A stretch of 59,971 nucleotides of DNA, filler included, from Squatina squatina (Eukaryota), in the NCBI GenBank assembly GCA_031763465.1. It is 3 parts of 3 records of this genome, joined end to end, with 100 filler letters (N's around TTAATTAATTAA, not from the genome) between each part and the next. Parts side by side here need not be neighbours in the genome. Positions count along the whole stretch, not along the records: positions 14,781 to 37,216 come from JARFOE010000100.1; 2 more parts are not named here. One strand, given 5' to 3'. The translations under genes and the position numbers were made by a program. Each line of letters opens with the position of its first letter. Positions within the stretch are counted from its first letter, which is position 1. The notes beneath the pieces were generated by a model. The model worked only from the letters and a program-made list of their open reading frames with translations, was not told where the DNA came from and made no database searches. This document shows, piece after piece, positions 24,572 to 37,316 of the stretch.

Positions 24572-25787
24572 NNNNNNNNNNNNNNNNNNNNNNNNNNNNN
24601 NNNNNNNNNNNNNNNNNNNNNNNNNNNNNNNNNNNNNNNNNNNNNNNNNNNNNNNNNNNNNNNNNNNNNNNGAATTGTGTCCATTATCCCAGCTGCGCAT
24701 TGCTTTTCGAAATAGTGGTAATCTTGATTATTGGGTAGAAAATAGCTTGAGATAATTGAATGGGACTAATATCACCGCTACGTTTTATTAAAGGACAATT
24801 GTTTCATGAGGTGAGCCATGGCCAGGAATGAGTCAAAACTCCCCCCTTTTGGAAGTCCGACTTGTGGTTGAAGGGTACATGCTTGGGGAAATGAGTTGCT
24901 CCTGACAAAAGCTTTCTGTGCATTTATGACAGAACCAGTCCGAGTAAATACATATTTCAATTCAGGAAACGAAGTTGTGGCAGATTTATAAACGAGAACA
25001 GGTGATCTTTAGAATCAGTGAGAATGATAGAAACAACATTGGCTGAAAAGAGGGAGTAGAACATGTTCCACACATACTGTAACTGTTCTGAACATGCATT
25101 TTGTGAAACAAAAAAGTAAAATTAAGAATTGTATTTTTTTTAACCTTCATCAGGTGTCGCATACTAGTATTACTGTTTTATGTCTGACACAATTATAATT
25201 TTCTGTATCAGACCACAATTTTTTAAAGAAATGTCAGCCTTTATTTTAAACATCTCTTCCCTCATATTTTGGTAACGTGGCTTCTCTGTTCTCCACAGTT
25301 TCCACTTTCTAACATTGCAAATCAATGATCATTCTCCTTGTTTCTTTCATCCTTTTAAAGTGATGTTTCAGATCTCAATCAGCCTTAGTGGCTTTTGTTC
25401 TGTTCAGATCTCAGATTTTTTCAGATTATGTAATTTCATTGCATTTAAATGCTCCAAAGATTTATCAGGATTTAAACAACAATATTCACAATCCTTTCTA
25501 TTTCTGTGCTTTCTGAATTTTCCATCCTGCTTTCATTATTTTGTAGGAGCTACTTCAAAATTACAGTATACTAATTTTTGAAATGTTCTCTAACTTTCTT
25601 CACCGTGTCCAGGAAAAAAAAAATATCTCCACCAGAGAGGTAGTGCAGAAATGCTCAGTAGTAAAATTGAAAGCTTGGAGTTCCCCTTTAACATCTTGCT
25701 ATGAACTATATGAATCATCTGGATAAAAATTCACAATGTGCAAAGCTTTGGACAGTTTAAGGTGGAAGAAATGATTTTGTCTTTCAG

Positions 25788-25913
25788 AACGTTGTCCTCT
25801 CTGGTGGCTCAACCATGTTTAGAGATTTTGGACGTCGTTTACAACGAGACTTGAAGAGGACAGTAGATGCCAGGCTTAAACTCAGTGAAGAATTGAGTGG
25901 TGGAAAACTAAAG
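25788..25913 (+). CDS. ACTR3: Actin-related protein 3, internal exon (126 bp)
   Basis: TTTCAG/GT-bounded; encodes [42 protein letters not shown]. Confidence 0.97.
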
Positions 25914-27379
25914 GTCTGGTGTACTTTTTGATAAATTGATGGAGTATCCAAAATACAGTCCAAAAATAAATGCATTCACTCTTCAACTTGCCAAGTCTTG
26001 TCACAAATTGAAAAGATTTTCATTGTAAATGTATTTTGAAGATATAATTTTGTTTTTAAAATGTCTGCTTTTCATGCTCCCCATTGGCATTCTGGTTAGC
26101 AGGCAGCACAGAACAATTAAATTCAGTTCATTGAACCTTCCATGTGAATATTATAAAAACTAAAATTGAAACAGCAAATATTGCTCCAGTTGGTAGCACA
26201 CTCCTTTCTAAGTCAACNNNNNNNNNNNNNNNNNNNNNNNNNNNNNNNNNNNNNNNNNNNNNNNNNNNNNNNNNNNNNNNNNNNNNNNNNNNNNNNNNNN
26301 NNNNNNNNNNNNNNNNNATGACAACTTCATATATACAGACTAGGTATATGTCACCAATATAGTTACAAATTCTCTATAATCAGTAGTAACTATATTGGTA
26401 GAAAATGATCATGATGCCTTAATTCTGGCAAGAAGTTTGAGTTCCATGACAAAAATATGTCACCTTCAATATAATCTTTCCACGAGCAGGAAGATATCAT
26501 TAAATATTTAATTTCAACTGCTTTGTTGCTATTGGGCCTTAAGCAATTCATTCATATTTCCTGAATTCTTAGTTTGGTTCACCAACTTATGCTGTATATT
26601 AACATTAATGTTGTACGCTTTATTCTGTCTTATCAGGACATCAACCACACTGTCCCACTGCTCCTGATATATATACCACTTAAAATTCACCAGCAAAGCA
26701 GAATCTGCAATTAAGAGCTTGGCGGAATCATCAAAACACTATCACATTTCCTAAAGTATATACATTTTATACAATCCTATATTTTCACAGCTGCCTTGCT
26801 CACAGAGTTTTGCCTTTGGTAAAAGTATTGTAAAAATGTAAAATAAATCCAATCCTTCCCACCAGCTGCTTAAAAATAGATAAATATGTAAAGCAACATT
26901 AAAAATCCACAACACCCACCACGCTCTGTCTGCAGACATCCAGAATTCACATTCTCAGGTACAGTGGATGAATCACAGTATAATTCCAGATTAGTTAGAA
27001 TGCTTCTTATTTAAAATGTATGCACATTTCCTTAAAGAAAAACAGTATAAACCCATGAAGTAAAATGCTTGTGATACAATTAGACAAAGGCCCTAATTTC
27101 TCTCATGATGCTAACATAAAAATGCTATTTCGGAGCTGGAATTCTATGTTGTGCACACTTTAAGAAGGTATACTGAGCCAGATTTTGTTCTCAAAATAAC
27201 TCCACTCCACCATTAGCTGTACAAAAATGGCATGTCAATGTCAGACTCACAATTGAATGGCATGAAGTTGCTATATTTGNNNNNNNNNNNNNNNNNNNNN
27301 NNNNNNNNNNNNNNNNNNNNNNNNNNNNNNNNNNNNNNNNNNNNNNNNNNNNNNNNNNNNNNNNNNNNNNNNNNNNNNN

Positions 27380-29056
27380 GAGGTCTGATCTGCACTTTGA
27401 AGCTCTGATCTATCAGATCAGTCTGGCTGCCACTTACGCTGTCTTAGATTAGACCTCAGATGAGGACCAATGTGATCAGCAATCGCACCAGCAGCTGCTC
27501 ACAGACCTGTAGCTCCACAAGAGAGAGGTTAGCAGCAGAGTGGTGTAGCTCGCAGGAGACCTTACTGTATGATAGTGTCTAACACACCCATGGGCATATC
27601 CTTGTGCTACAACAAATCTCTACTCTTCCTTTTCCAAGAGCTTCGACGTGGTGCAACCCCTGTGGCTTCAGCAGAGGTAAAGGCAGGTTGCTCAGATCCC
27701 TGCTCTGACTGCTGAATTGCTCTAGGCCAAAGTCCTCTGGGTTTTTGTGCCTGTGAGGGCCCCGATTCTGCCCCTGTGCCTGTGCAGGGGTAGACTCGGC
27801 CATCAGGACACAAGGCAGTATTACGGGTGCTGACCGAGGAGGAGGGGTGGGTGCAGTGGGTGAGAAGTGGAAGCACTTTGAGCGGAGTCCCCACTTCCAT
27901 GTCCCCTTTAGCCATCATCCCTCTCATGGCCCAGCTAGCAACGAGCTGAAGAACACTTTGCTGCAGATCACTCTATTTAAAGTGGCATCCAGAGTATGCA
28001 AGTCATTGGTGAAGGCCTGATTGCACTGGTTCGATTTCCCTGTTTGATGCTCCATGCAGCTGCCCATCTATCCATGGACGAAGGCATCATCGCAATAACC
28101 TGTGACAGCATCCCACTCATGCTTGAAGCGGAGTCCTCCAATCGCTCTGCAAGCTCGCATAGTGTGGCTGGAACGCCTGTCAGTACATTGTACATTTTTT
28201 GCTGCTGCACAATAAGTATCCTCTTCATGGGCGGCCCCCAGGATACAGCATCTGCATCCAGCTCAGCAGAGCTTGGATAGTGCTGTGCCCTCCGATGCAG
28301 ACTCTCCACTGTTGTCCCTGACTCCACCATCTCCTCTTGCTCATTTGTGAAGTGTGAGTTACCCTGTAAATACCCAACTATCTCTCTAACTATTGCCACC
28401 AAACTGCGAGTATCTGAGCTGGTATAGTCCGCATGTGTCCTGTGACAGTGGACCCTCAAAGGAAGTGAGCTCCTCTGAGGAGTCAACATCGTGGGTGACC
28501 TTGACCACCTGCTGATAGATGTGTGAAGGCCCTGTGGGAGATAAAAGACATGAATGAGTACTGTCAAGATAAGAATGTTTGATGTTATCATTATGCACAT
28601 GATCATATTTTACTCACTGTTGACATCAAGTCAACATGACTGAGCATTGTATGCCATGTGGCTGTTTGATATTTAATTCTGTCAGCAGGTAGCTGGCAGG
28701 CCCTCATCTCCGACAGCCANNNNNNNNNNNNNNNNNNNNNNNNNNNNNNNNNNNNNNNNNNNNNNNNNNNNNNNNNNNNNNNNNNNNNNNNNNNNNNNNN
28801 NNNNNNNNNNNNNNNNNNNAGTGGGTGTGTAACGCTCACTGGATGCCCGATCTCCAACATTGGTTTTAGCCACTTATCTTAACGACAGCGCAGAATAACA
28901 ACAGGGAGAGCTGTCGTCCACCAAACAGGAAGCAGGTCGCAGCAGCGATATTTAAAGGCACCATTCCCAAGCAATTTCCCGGGAGGCAGTAGTGCCCCCT
29001 CCCCCTGGTGAAACCCCCCCAGAACAGGGCTATACAAAGGGGCACTTTCACCCCCC
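27380..29056 (-). mobile_element. Degenerate Harbinger-like DNA transposon remnant (spans a gap)
   Basis: GC-elevated block with a frameshifted minus-strand ORF ending in a heptad-like segment (LCELAERLEDSASSMSGML). The terminus at 29036-29054 (reverse complement GGGGTGAAAGTGCCCCTTT) matches 31515-31533 at 18/19 positions. Family call is inference. Confidence 0.45.
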
Positions 29057-31514
29057 AGGTCTGCAGTGCAGTTGCATCTCTGGAGGAGGTCTCTTTATAC
29101 TTGTCAGTGCTACTGATGCTGAGAGAAGTACAATCAACCAGGCTTCCTGCCCCTGATTAGTGAACCTGCTGTCAAGCATGCTTGTGTGAATGACAACAGG
29201 ATCGAACTCAGCTCTGCTGCTCTTTACAGTCAAATAGCCTTACAGCTTTCACTGTCCAGGCTCTCACATGAAGAATAGCAATTTGAGTGAGGTCATAAAG
29301 CTGTGGACCAATAAGTGCAATGTCTTCAGAAAAGGCAATTTATGACCAGTCAAGACTGAATAACTAGTTTAAGACTGGTCAAAATTTCTATTGGCTCATT
29401 CAGGTGAGATTAGAAATAAATGAGGTGAAAGCTGGACTACAAAAAATAGCATTGGAATACTGTTACATTTATAGAATAGCTTTTAAGAGCTACATATGTG
29501 CAGTTATGTGCTATACAGATTAAAACTCACAATGAACTTCATCCAACATAGTTGGTATTTCATGTGGATAAGTATCAACATTAACGTTGTGTCTGACAGT
29601 ACCACTGAGGCATTCTATTACCAGCACTTTCTGCACCCGACAGCCATCTCTACTCTGTCAGTACCATTTACAGAAAAATCCATTATCCAAGGAACTAACA
29701 TGCACCACTCATTTTCATCTTGCAGAGACACAATCAGTCGAAAGCCAGTGTCAGAGGTTTTTTATTGGACGTAAACAAATTGGATTTATTACCATGGTGA
29801 CATGCAGGTGAAATCTATGACCTTGTCGCAGAAAGTGGCTCTGACAAATTCCTTATATTGGATTAACTGTGTAGNNNNNNNNNNNNNNNNNNNNNNNNNN
29901 NNNNNNNNNNNNNNNNNNNNNNNNNNNNNNNNNNNNNNNNNNNNNNNNNNNNNNNNNNNNNNNNNNNNNNNNNNATCATTCTTGTTTTATCATAGGTTGA
30001 GAATATATAAAGGCCTAACAATATTGATTTGAGAAGTTAGAGTGGGTTATTTGAGCATCATTAAGTGTATTGTTAAAATTCCCATTATTCTCTAATATAT
30101 TACTGCAAGAGCAGTTGAATACAAGTGGGACTATATAGTCAACCAGTGCATTACTAATAAAATTTGAAGCGTAGTTTAAACATTGCTCTTTAGTATGTAT
30201 CTTTGATACATAAATTATACAATCATAAATCTAGAATTGTTGTGCACAGAATAAGCTGCATTTTCATTTTGTATTGAACTGTAATATTAATATATGAATG
30301 CCTTTGACTATCGTTCATCTTTTTGTGGTAATGAAGGCTACACAGTAGGCCTGGGACTCCTCATCAATCACACCTAGCCGCTCTATTTAAGTACCTGCTG
30401 AACAATTATCAGCTGAAATGAGATGACAAACTGCTTTTTCCCTAACAAACACAAGGTGCCCTTTCAAAGTCTAATTGAGTAGTCCATAGTTAATTAACTG
30501 TCCAAAGACATGTCACTTAATTCATAATCCAGTGTCTGTTGTGGAGAATGCGCTTATCTCCTTTGTAAATGTAAGTGCCCCAGAGCAAAGAGGCTGCAAT
30601 AAACAAAAACGACTGATAACTCGTCCATGTCTCTCAAATACTGCAGCTTTCATAATAAAATATGCCAGTTCAAATAATTTCGAATGCCAAAGGAAAAAGG
30701 AATCCACAAAAATGTTAATTATGGACTTTTAAAAATCAAATCAAATTTTGTAGCTGGCTGCAGAGAACATAGGAACAGAAGGAGGATATTCAGCCCCTCA
30801 GCCTGTTAAACTATTCAATTAGGTCATGGCTAATCTATACCTTNNNNNNNNNNNNNNNNNNNNNNNNNNNNNNNNNNNNNNNNNNNNNNNNNNNNNNNNN
30901 NNNNNNNNNNNNNNNNNNNNNNNNNNNNNNNNNNNNNNNNNNNAGGTGAGGGGCTGAATAGCTGCCAATCTGGAGGAACTTCCATCAACAATTGGCTTCT
31001 AATTTGCTTAAGATGTATGTAGTCCATCTCCCCCAAGAGGTAGAGGAACAGTCTCCTTAAACAGGCAAGCCAGGATAGTAGCCAAATATTACACTGCACT
31101 CCAGCTCCCACACTACCTCTGAGCACCACCATGGAGATCAGTTAGCACTCACTGTATGCAACCCAGCTAAAAAAGTCTTGACCTTTGATGAATAATAGAA
31201 AGTGCTTCATTCCTACTAGGAAAGTGCAAGATCTTACAATTATTTCAGAATGTCATGTCATCAGACCTGTAACATTTTGCATTATTTATTAGGCACTGAG
31301 TAAAAGGCTGAGGGTAGGCGTTCACACTGACAGCTCATTAATGCTGATGGGTATTCCAGTGGTCGACACAGTGAACTATAATTAACCATTGCTGGAATAC
31401 AGTGTTTTGGCTCTAAAAGTAACTGCACAGCTTTAAGCCAAGCAGGCTACTTTTATTCAAATGATTTTTGTCTGAGGATAGCTTGTTCTTTCTTCATAGT
31501 GATTTAAAACACAA

Positions 31515-31664
31515 GGGGTGAAATTGCCCCTTTTAGCGACGGCTGGGGTGCAAAATGGTTTTCGCCGGGACACGGCACAAAATTCCCCCCCCCCCCACCC
31601 CCGCAGAATTGGGCAGGGGTTTTGCGGAGGCGCGATGATCGCTCCTGCTGGGAGCACCCTGCAC
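31515..31664 (+). mobile_element. DNA transposon/MITE terminus
   Basis: Starts GGGGTGAAATTGCCCCTTT, GC-rich, runs into a gap; same terminal motif as 29036-29054. Confidence 0.55.
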
Positions 31665-34434
31665 NNNNNNNNNNNNNNNNNNNNNNNNNNNNNNNNNNNN
31701 NNNNNNNNNNNNNNNNNNNNNNNNNNNNNNNNNNNNNNNNNNNNNNNNNNNNNNNNNNNNNNNNAGGATGCTGAATAAACCCATTCCTCCTGCCAGGTTT
31801 GTAATGTGTAGATTAGAGCCTGGGGAAAGGATCTGTGCAATCGTGTAACAGTCTTAGGTCAATCTGCACTTTGAAGAGGAAAGATTTAGTGATCAGGAAC
31901 ATCCACTTCTTCAGTCCTATCTCAGTCTTCAGGATTTCACTGAATCCAAAGTCTTGCACAATGAATCAAACGGCTTCTGTATCCCACCAAGTCAAATGTC
32001 AGTCTACCAAGGTAATTAAGGTAAGTGAAGCTGTTTTCTGGGTTACCTGAAAATGCAAGTGCCATTTGTCTCATACTGCTGTCATTTACAATAGCTAGGA
32101 GCAGGCTAAGTAAGCTTGATTTGTATATTTTTTGACAGAAGACAGTTTTTGAATTTGGTTGGTATGCCAAGACATATTGTAAAAGTTTCCAGAATTTATG
32201 TAAGGCAGCTTTATAATGGCGTTCTTTTACTGAAATTGAAAAAAAAATCATGTAAATTTTTGCTCATTTATTGCACTACATAAAAAGAATCTCGATTTAT
32301 GTTACGGGCTTTGTAGATGCTGCTGAGGATAGCGGACCTTCCTGATCAAAATTATCGGAGGGGAGTTGATTTTCTTTAGTGATCCATGTTGCTGTTTTGC
32401 GTTACACTGTATTAAGTACGTTCAACTTACAGAAACAATATGAAGCTTTATATTATCATTAATATACTGTTTATTAATTATATTAATTCAACCTGGAAAA
32501 TCTTCAGTATGTTGAACTGTTGCTCATCTATGATGCTTTCATTATTTTACTGGATGGCTCAGCATGTAATGTTTCGAACTACAGTACAATACTGACAAAA
32601 CCATAAACCTCTTTATTAAATTTCTAAATTGCTATTCAAAATGTCTAATTTGTGCAGTATGTTATGCAGTAACCTTATCTGATAACATATATTTTATAAA
32701 AAACTTCAGATTTCAAATTGTACTATAAAAGTGCAGCATTATACACTGTAGCAAATCAGGTAGCAACAATTTCTTAGCTTTGCTCTTTGTCTCCACTGGG
32801 ATACTTTTTCATTGGAAAAGCATTCGCTGCAATGCAAGCTGTTTTTATGATGAAGTATGGTATTTTTTTGCTGATTTAAAGAGCTCCAGCTAGTGTTTTT
32901 AAAATGTTCAATCGTGATAAAATTAAGTCNNNNNNNNNNNNNNNNNNNNNNNNNNNNNNNNNNNNNNNNNNNNNNNNNNNNNNNNNNNNNNNNNNNNNNN
33001 NNNNNNNNNNNNNNNNNNNNNNNNNNNNNNNNNNNNNNNNNNNNNNNNNNNNNNNNNNNNNNNNNNNNTAAAAAAAGTAAACCTGAAGTTCCATTATTTG
33101 AAACTCACCTAATATTATGTCATGAGATTAGATGGTGACCTGGAGTTGTATTTCATTTTATAAGTACCTCATACTCTTTTATATCAAACATTGAAAAAAA
33201 TATACCTGTATGGGAATTAAGTTCACCCAACCTCAGCAAGAGGCTATATAAAAATTAGGATTTAAAAGGAATTTAATGAATTTCTTACCATGCTAGCTTT
33301 CGGTAATGAGGTGACTGGCGTGGAATACTAACAAGCTGTACTTGCTTATCAGTGCAACATTTACATTACAGATGTTGTGAGACCCAATATAGGTATAATT
33401 GCTGTTAATCCACATCTACATGTACAAGTATGATCTAGTATAAAGCAGGTTTGTCTGAGCATCTCATCTAACTCAGCATGAAAATAAATATTAAAGAATA
33501 AAGTGACATTGCCACACAAACTGTTTTGAAAATCAGTTGCTTATGTGCTGCTGAATATAGTATGAGTTCTGGACCGGTCTCTTTCTCTCACAGCCTGATT
33601 TTCTGTGAGAAACACACTTCAAAAGGGAAGTGTTTTAGCCAAATCGCTTTGTAAATCAATATTTTAACAAGTGATAATTTTAAAAAGCCTTTTGTTGCAA
33701 CAGGGGTGCAATTAAAAATTCTGTTAGAAGGATGTTAATTGCTTATTGAAAATCATTTGACTTGTCACAGAGGTAACATTGTGTCTCCATGCTGGGAGAG
33801 ACATCTAAANNNNNNNNNNNNNNNNNNNNNNNNNNNNNNNNNNNNNNNNNNNNNNNNNNNNNNNNNNNNNNNNNNNNNNNNNNNNNNNNNNNNNNNNNNN
33901 NNNNNNNNNNNNNNNNNNNNNNNNNNNNNNNNNNNNNNNNNNNNNNNNNNNNNNNNNNNNNNNNNNNNNNNNNNNNNAGTGTACTATACATTGTTAACTC
34001 TGATCCATATAATTTAGTCCCTTGATCTATACAATTGATTAGACATTGTAATCAGATCTGTACAATACATTAGTAACTCTGCTCTGCATAGTGAAACTAT
34101 TGTTAGCTTCAGTCGGGTTCAGTTCTAAGCCAAATTGGGCTTTTACACATTTGTTTGTGCCCGCGTTTTCCCATTCCACCATTTGGTTGCGCTGTGCATC
34201 CTGACAGCCATTTTGCAATTTTTCCCACAGTTTTATCCTAGTAGCTTGAGAAAGAGATAGAGGAGATGCTTTGTCTAATTCTTGATAGCTTGGCCGTGTG
34301 CACGCATCCCTTTCTATACCCTATATAGTGATCAGATTAATTTTAGACAACTCCTTCCTTCTTCCTGCAGTTTATTTGAGACCAAGTCGACAAAATGCAG
34401 ATTCATTGTGCAATTGGACTTATACATTGAACGT

Positions 34435-34700
34435 AAAGCACAGAAACAGCCCATTCGGCCCAACACGGTTCATGGGGGTGTTTACACTTCATGTGAGCCT
34501 CCTCCCACCCCCTCTTCATCTCACCCTATCAGCGTGACTTTCTATTCCTTTATCCCTCATGTGTTTATCTAGCTTCCTCTTAAATGCATCTATGCTACTC
34601 ACCTCAACTATTCCTTGTTGTAGTGATCTTCACATTCTAACCACTCTCTGGGCAAAGAAGTTTCTCCTGAATTCGTTACTAGATTCACTTATGAACAACT
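34435..34700 (-). mobile_element. CR1 LINE 3' fragment
   Basis: GCACAGAAACAGCCCATTCGGCCC...CACATTCTAACCACTCTCTGGG..AAGAAGTTTCTCC is the reverse complement of a CR1 ORF2 end (RNFFAQRVVRM..). Confidence 0.75.
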
Positions 34701-36439
34701 TATGTTTTAAAAGACACAAGTTTCACCAAAACTGGAATCATTAAAGAATTCTCTTTTTTAAGTTTTTAGTAGCTACTCTTCACTTACATGAGCTGGTAGG
34801 TGGGGTTAAACTGCAAAGTAGGAGAATAAAAGTCAACTGTGCAAATGAAATCTATATNNNNNNNNNNNNNNNNNNNNNNNNNNNNNNNNNNNNNNNNNNN
34901 NNNNNNNNNNNNNNNNNNNNNNNNNNNNNNNNNNNNNNNNNNNNNNNNNNNNNNNNNGGTTTGATTTACTATCCCTCTGCAATTGCACTTGTGAGCTGCC
35001 AAGAATCAGGTTGCTTCAATTTCTGTGGGGAGTTGTGTTGGTATCCTGGCCAACAATGGGTCCCCCGTTATCTGAACCAAATACCATGTCCTTCACAAGT
35101 ACCATCATGAACATTCCTAATAGTCCCGCAGGCAGACTGATCAACATTTAGTTGATAGAGACTGATACAAATTGTTAAGCTGTGTTATTTTACACTCGGC
35201 AAGTGAAAGTACAGAGTAAAGGCTATAGCAAATCTCACTTACTTCAAGTTAAAATTGGTCCCCCTTTGTAACCAAGAAAAGTAATAAACTATGCCATCTT
35301 GTCCCAGTTCACAGGTTAAATATACTTGCCTTTGGATTCTTACCAGACAGCCCATGTGTATGCAAGAATAGCACCACCATGTGTGATTAGCCTACTGGAA
35401 GCTGAAATGAGATAAGGAATTACCAGGTCAGAATTACAATGTCCAAGGTCGTTGTGGATAATAGTTCCAATGATTGCTTCATTAACACACCAATCACTTG
35501 CTTGTCTCAGTGTCCCCAGCATTGCTCCATGTTAAAAACAACCAGCATAAGACTGCATCTTTGCGAATTAACTCTTAAACGTGCCATACCTGAGTTTGTG
35601 TCAGAAACATGCTGTGGTTTAAAACAAAATTACCATCCTAGATCAAAGAACCAATAATCCCTACCACATGGGAGGAGTCTTGATAAAAATAAGACATGTG
35701 GTACTAAAGTTAATCATACAATCATAGAATAGTGCAGCGCAGAAGGAGGCCAATCAGCCCACTGCTCTTATTCAGGAATATTTGACTTTTCAGAAGGACA
35801 GGCAGGAAGCACTCTTAAGAAGCGATGAAATGAATATCTCACAAGGTAGTTACTCAAGTAATATGAATCCATATATGAGAAGGATTCTTCAGGCTGTGTT
35901 TAATGCTGTGAAGATTGTTGTCTGCATTGGAAGTTGATGAAATAGGTAAAATGATGGATTAGTTGGTGAAAAGGTTATAAAGGGTGATTTTCTGTATCTG
36001 TACTATATACTGTATGTGTCCTCTAATAATCCACTGACAAGCATATTGTTCTACTCCAGTGTCTGTGAGTGATGCCATTATCTATCAGGTCAAAGATCAT
36101 TTAAATCTGCTACACCATTAAACTCACACCATTCCACACAAGTGATTATCTTCCCAACTATACTAACAAAGATACAAAATGTAACCATGAACACTGAAAA
36201 TGTAGTAGAGCTCCACAGACAACTGATATTACAAAAAAGGAGGCCGAAGTTTTTAATTCAACTTACCAAAGTAATTCAGTGCAATGCATCTGTCAAATAT
36301 TTTAATATCTTCTGTCCTTTATCCATGATAAAATTGGAGGATCCTAATTGGTTAGCACCAGTGATAGCTGTCGATTAAAGGATTTGTTCGTGCTGGATTC
36401 AGGGTTCTGCAAAATAATGAGGCATTGGTCTCTTAGAAA

Positions 36440-37216
36440 AAAAAAATTCAGTGGTGGCGCTAATGGGGCTTAATGGGGGCGCTAATCAGCTCAGGTGTGG
36501 TTCTAATAGGAAGAAATAGTCTGAACTGGACCAGTTCCACGAGCTTCGTATTTGGTGCTAATCATCTTCCAGACCACTCCAGCCATTAAAGGCAATGTGC
36601 AGCCTTACTTTCTGAATGTGTGTGGCATGTGGAAGGTGGAAGATGGCTGCTGCAGCTCCAGCACAGAGTACCAGGCCTTTCACTGACCAAGCATTGGAGA
36701 CTCTGGTGGCATCGGTGGAGGCTCGGGGAACACAACTCTTCATGCCAATGGGTCAAAGGATGGTTAGGGCACTGTGGGCCGACATCGCCCGCAAGGTTTC
36801 AGCCATCAATGTTGTGAACAGGACTCACTCGCATTGCTGGAAAAACTTAAACGACTTAATTCAAGCAGTCAAAGTAAGTAGGCTTTGGTGCTGAGCCTTC
36901 CTATCCGCTTCTCTCTGATAAATCTATGCAATGCCCCAGCAAGGCCACAATGTCTTCAGTTTGCCTATGCAAATGCTTGGGCTATTTTTAGTGTGCCTTT
37001 GCCACATTCAACACTATGACGGCCAAGGCCACGTATTGCGGCACCCTATGCCAGGTATGCTTCTCATACGTCTTTTGTCTTCTGGTGCAGCGCAAGGTGA
37101 CCCATAAACACATGAAGCAGCAGTGGACTGGAGGAGGCAAATCTGATCTCCTCATCCCCCCTTCAGACCTGGATGAGAGATTGCTGTAACTCATTGGGCC
37201 ACAGCTGGTGGTGTCG
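36440..37216 (+). mobile_element. Harbinger/PIF transposon remnant carrying a spliced Myb/SANT-like (NAIF1-type) ORF
   Basis: Exon 36643-36873 (ATG to GTAAGT donor) encodes FTDQALETLVASVEAR..LF..WADIARKVSAINVVNRTHSHCWKNLNDL. A second exon from 37091 (GTGCAG acceptor) encodes RKVTHKHMKQQWTGGG, then frameshifts and stops. Confidence 0.75.
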
Positions 37217-37316
37217 NNNNNNNNNNNNNNNNNNNNNNNNNNNNNNNNNNNNNNNNNNNNTTAATTAATTAANNNNNNNNNNNNNNNNNNNNNNNNNNNN
37301 NNNNNNNNNNNNNNNN
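37217..37316. other. Artificial scaffold-concatenation linker (N44-TTAATTAATTAA-N44)
   Basis: Six-frame-stop 12-mer at 37261-37272 between two 44-N runs. Confidence 0.97.

Noticed and set aside
17863-26217. ACTR3 as a pseudogene or exon-deleted gene (likewise SCFD2, FIP1L1, SLC35F5)
   Set aside because: Visible exons are intact, correctly ordered and have canonical splice sites; the missing exons fall in intervals containing N gaps.
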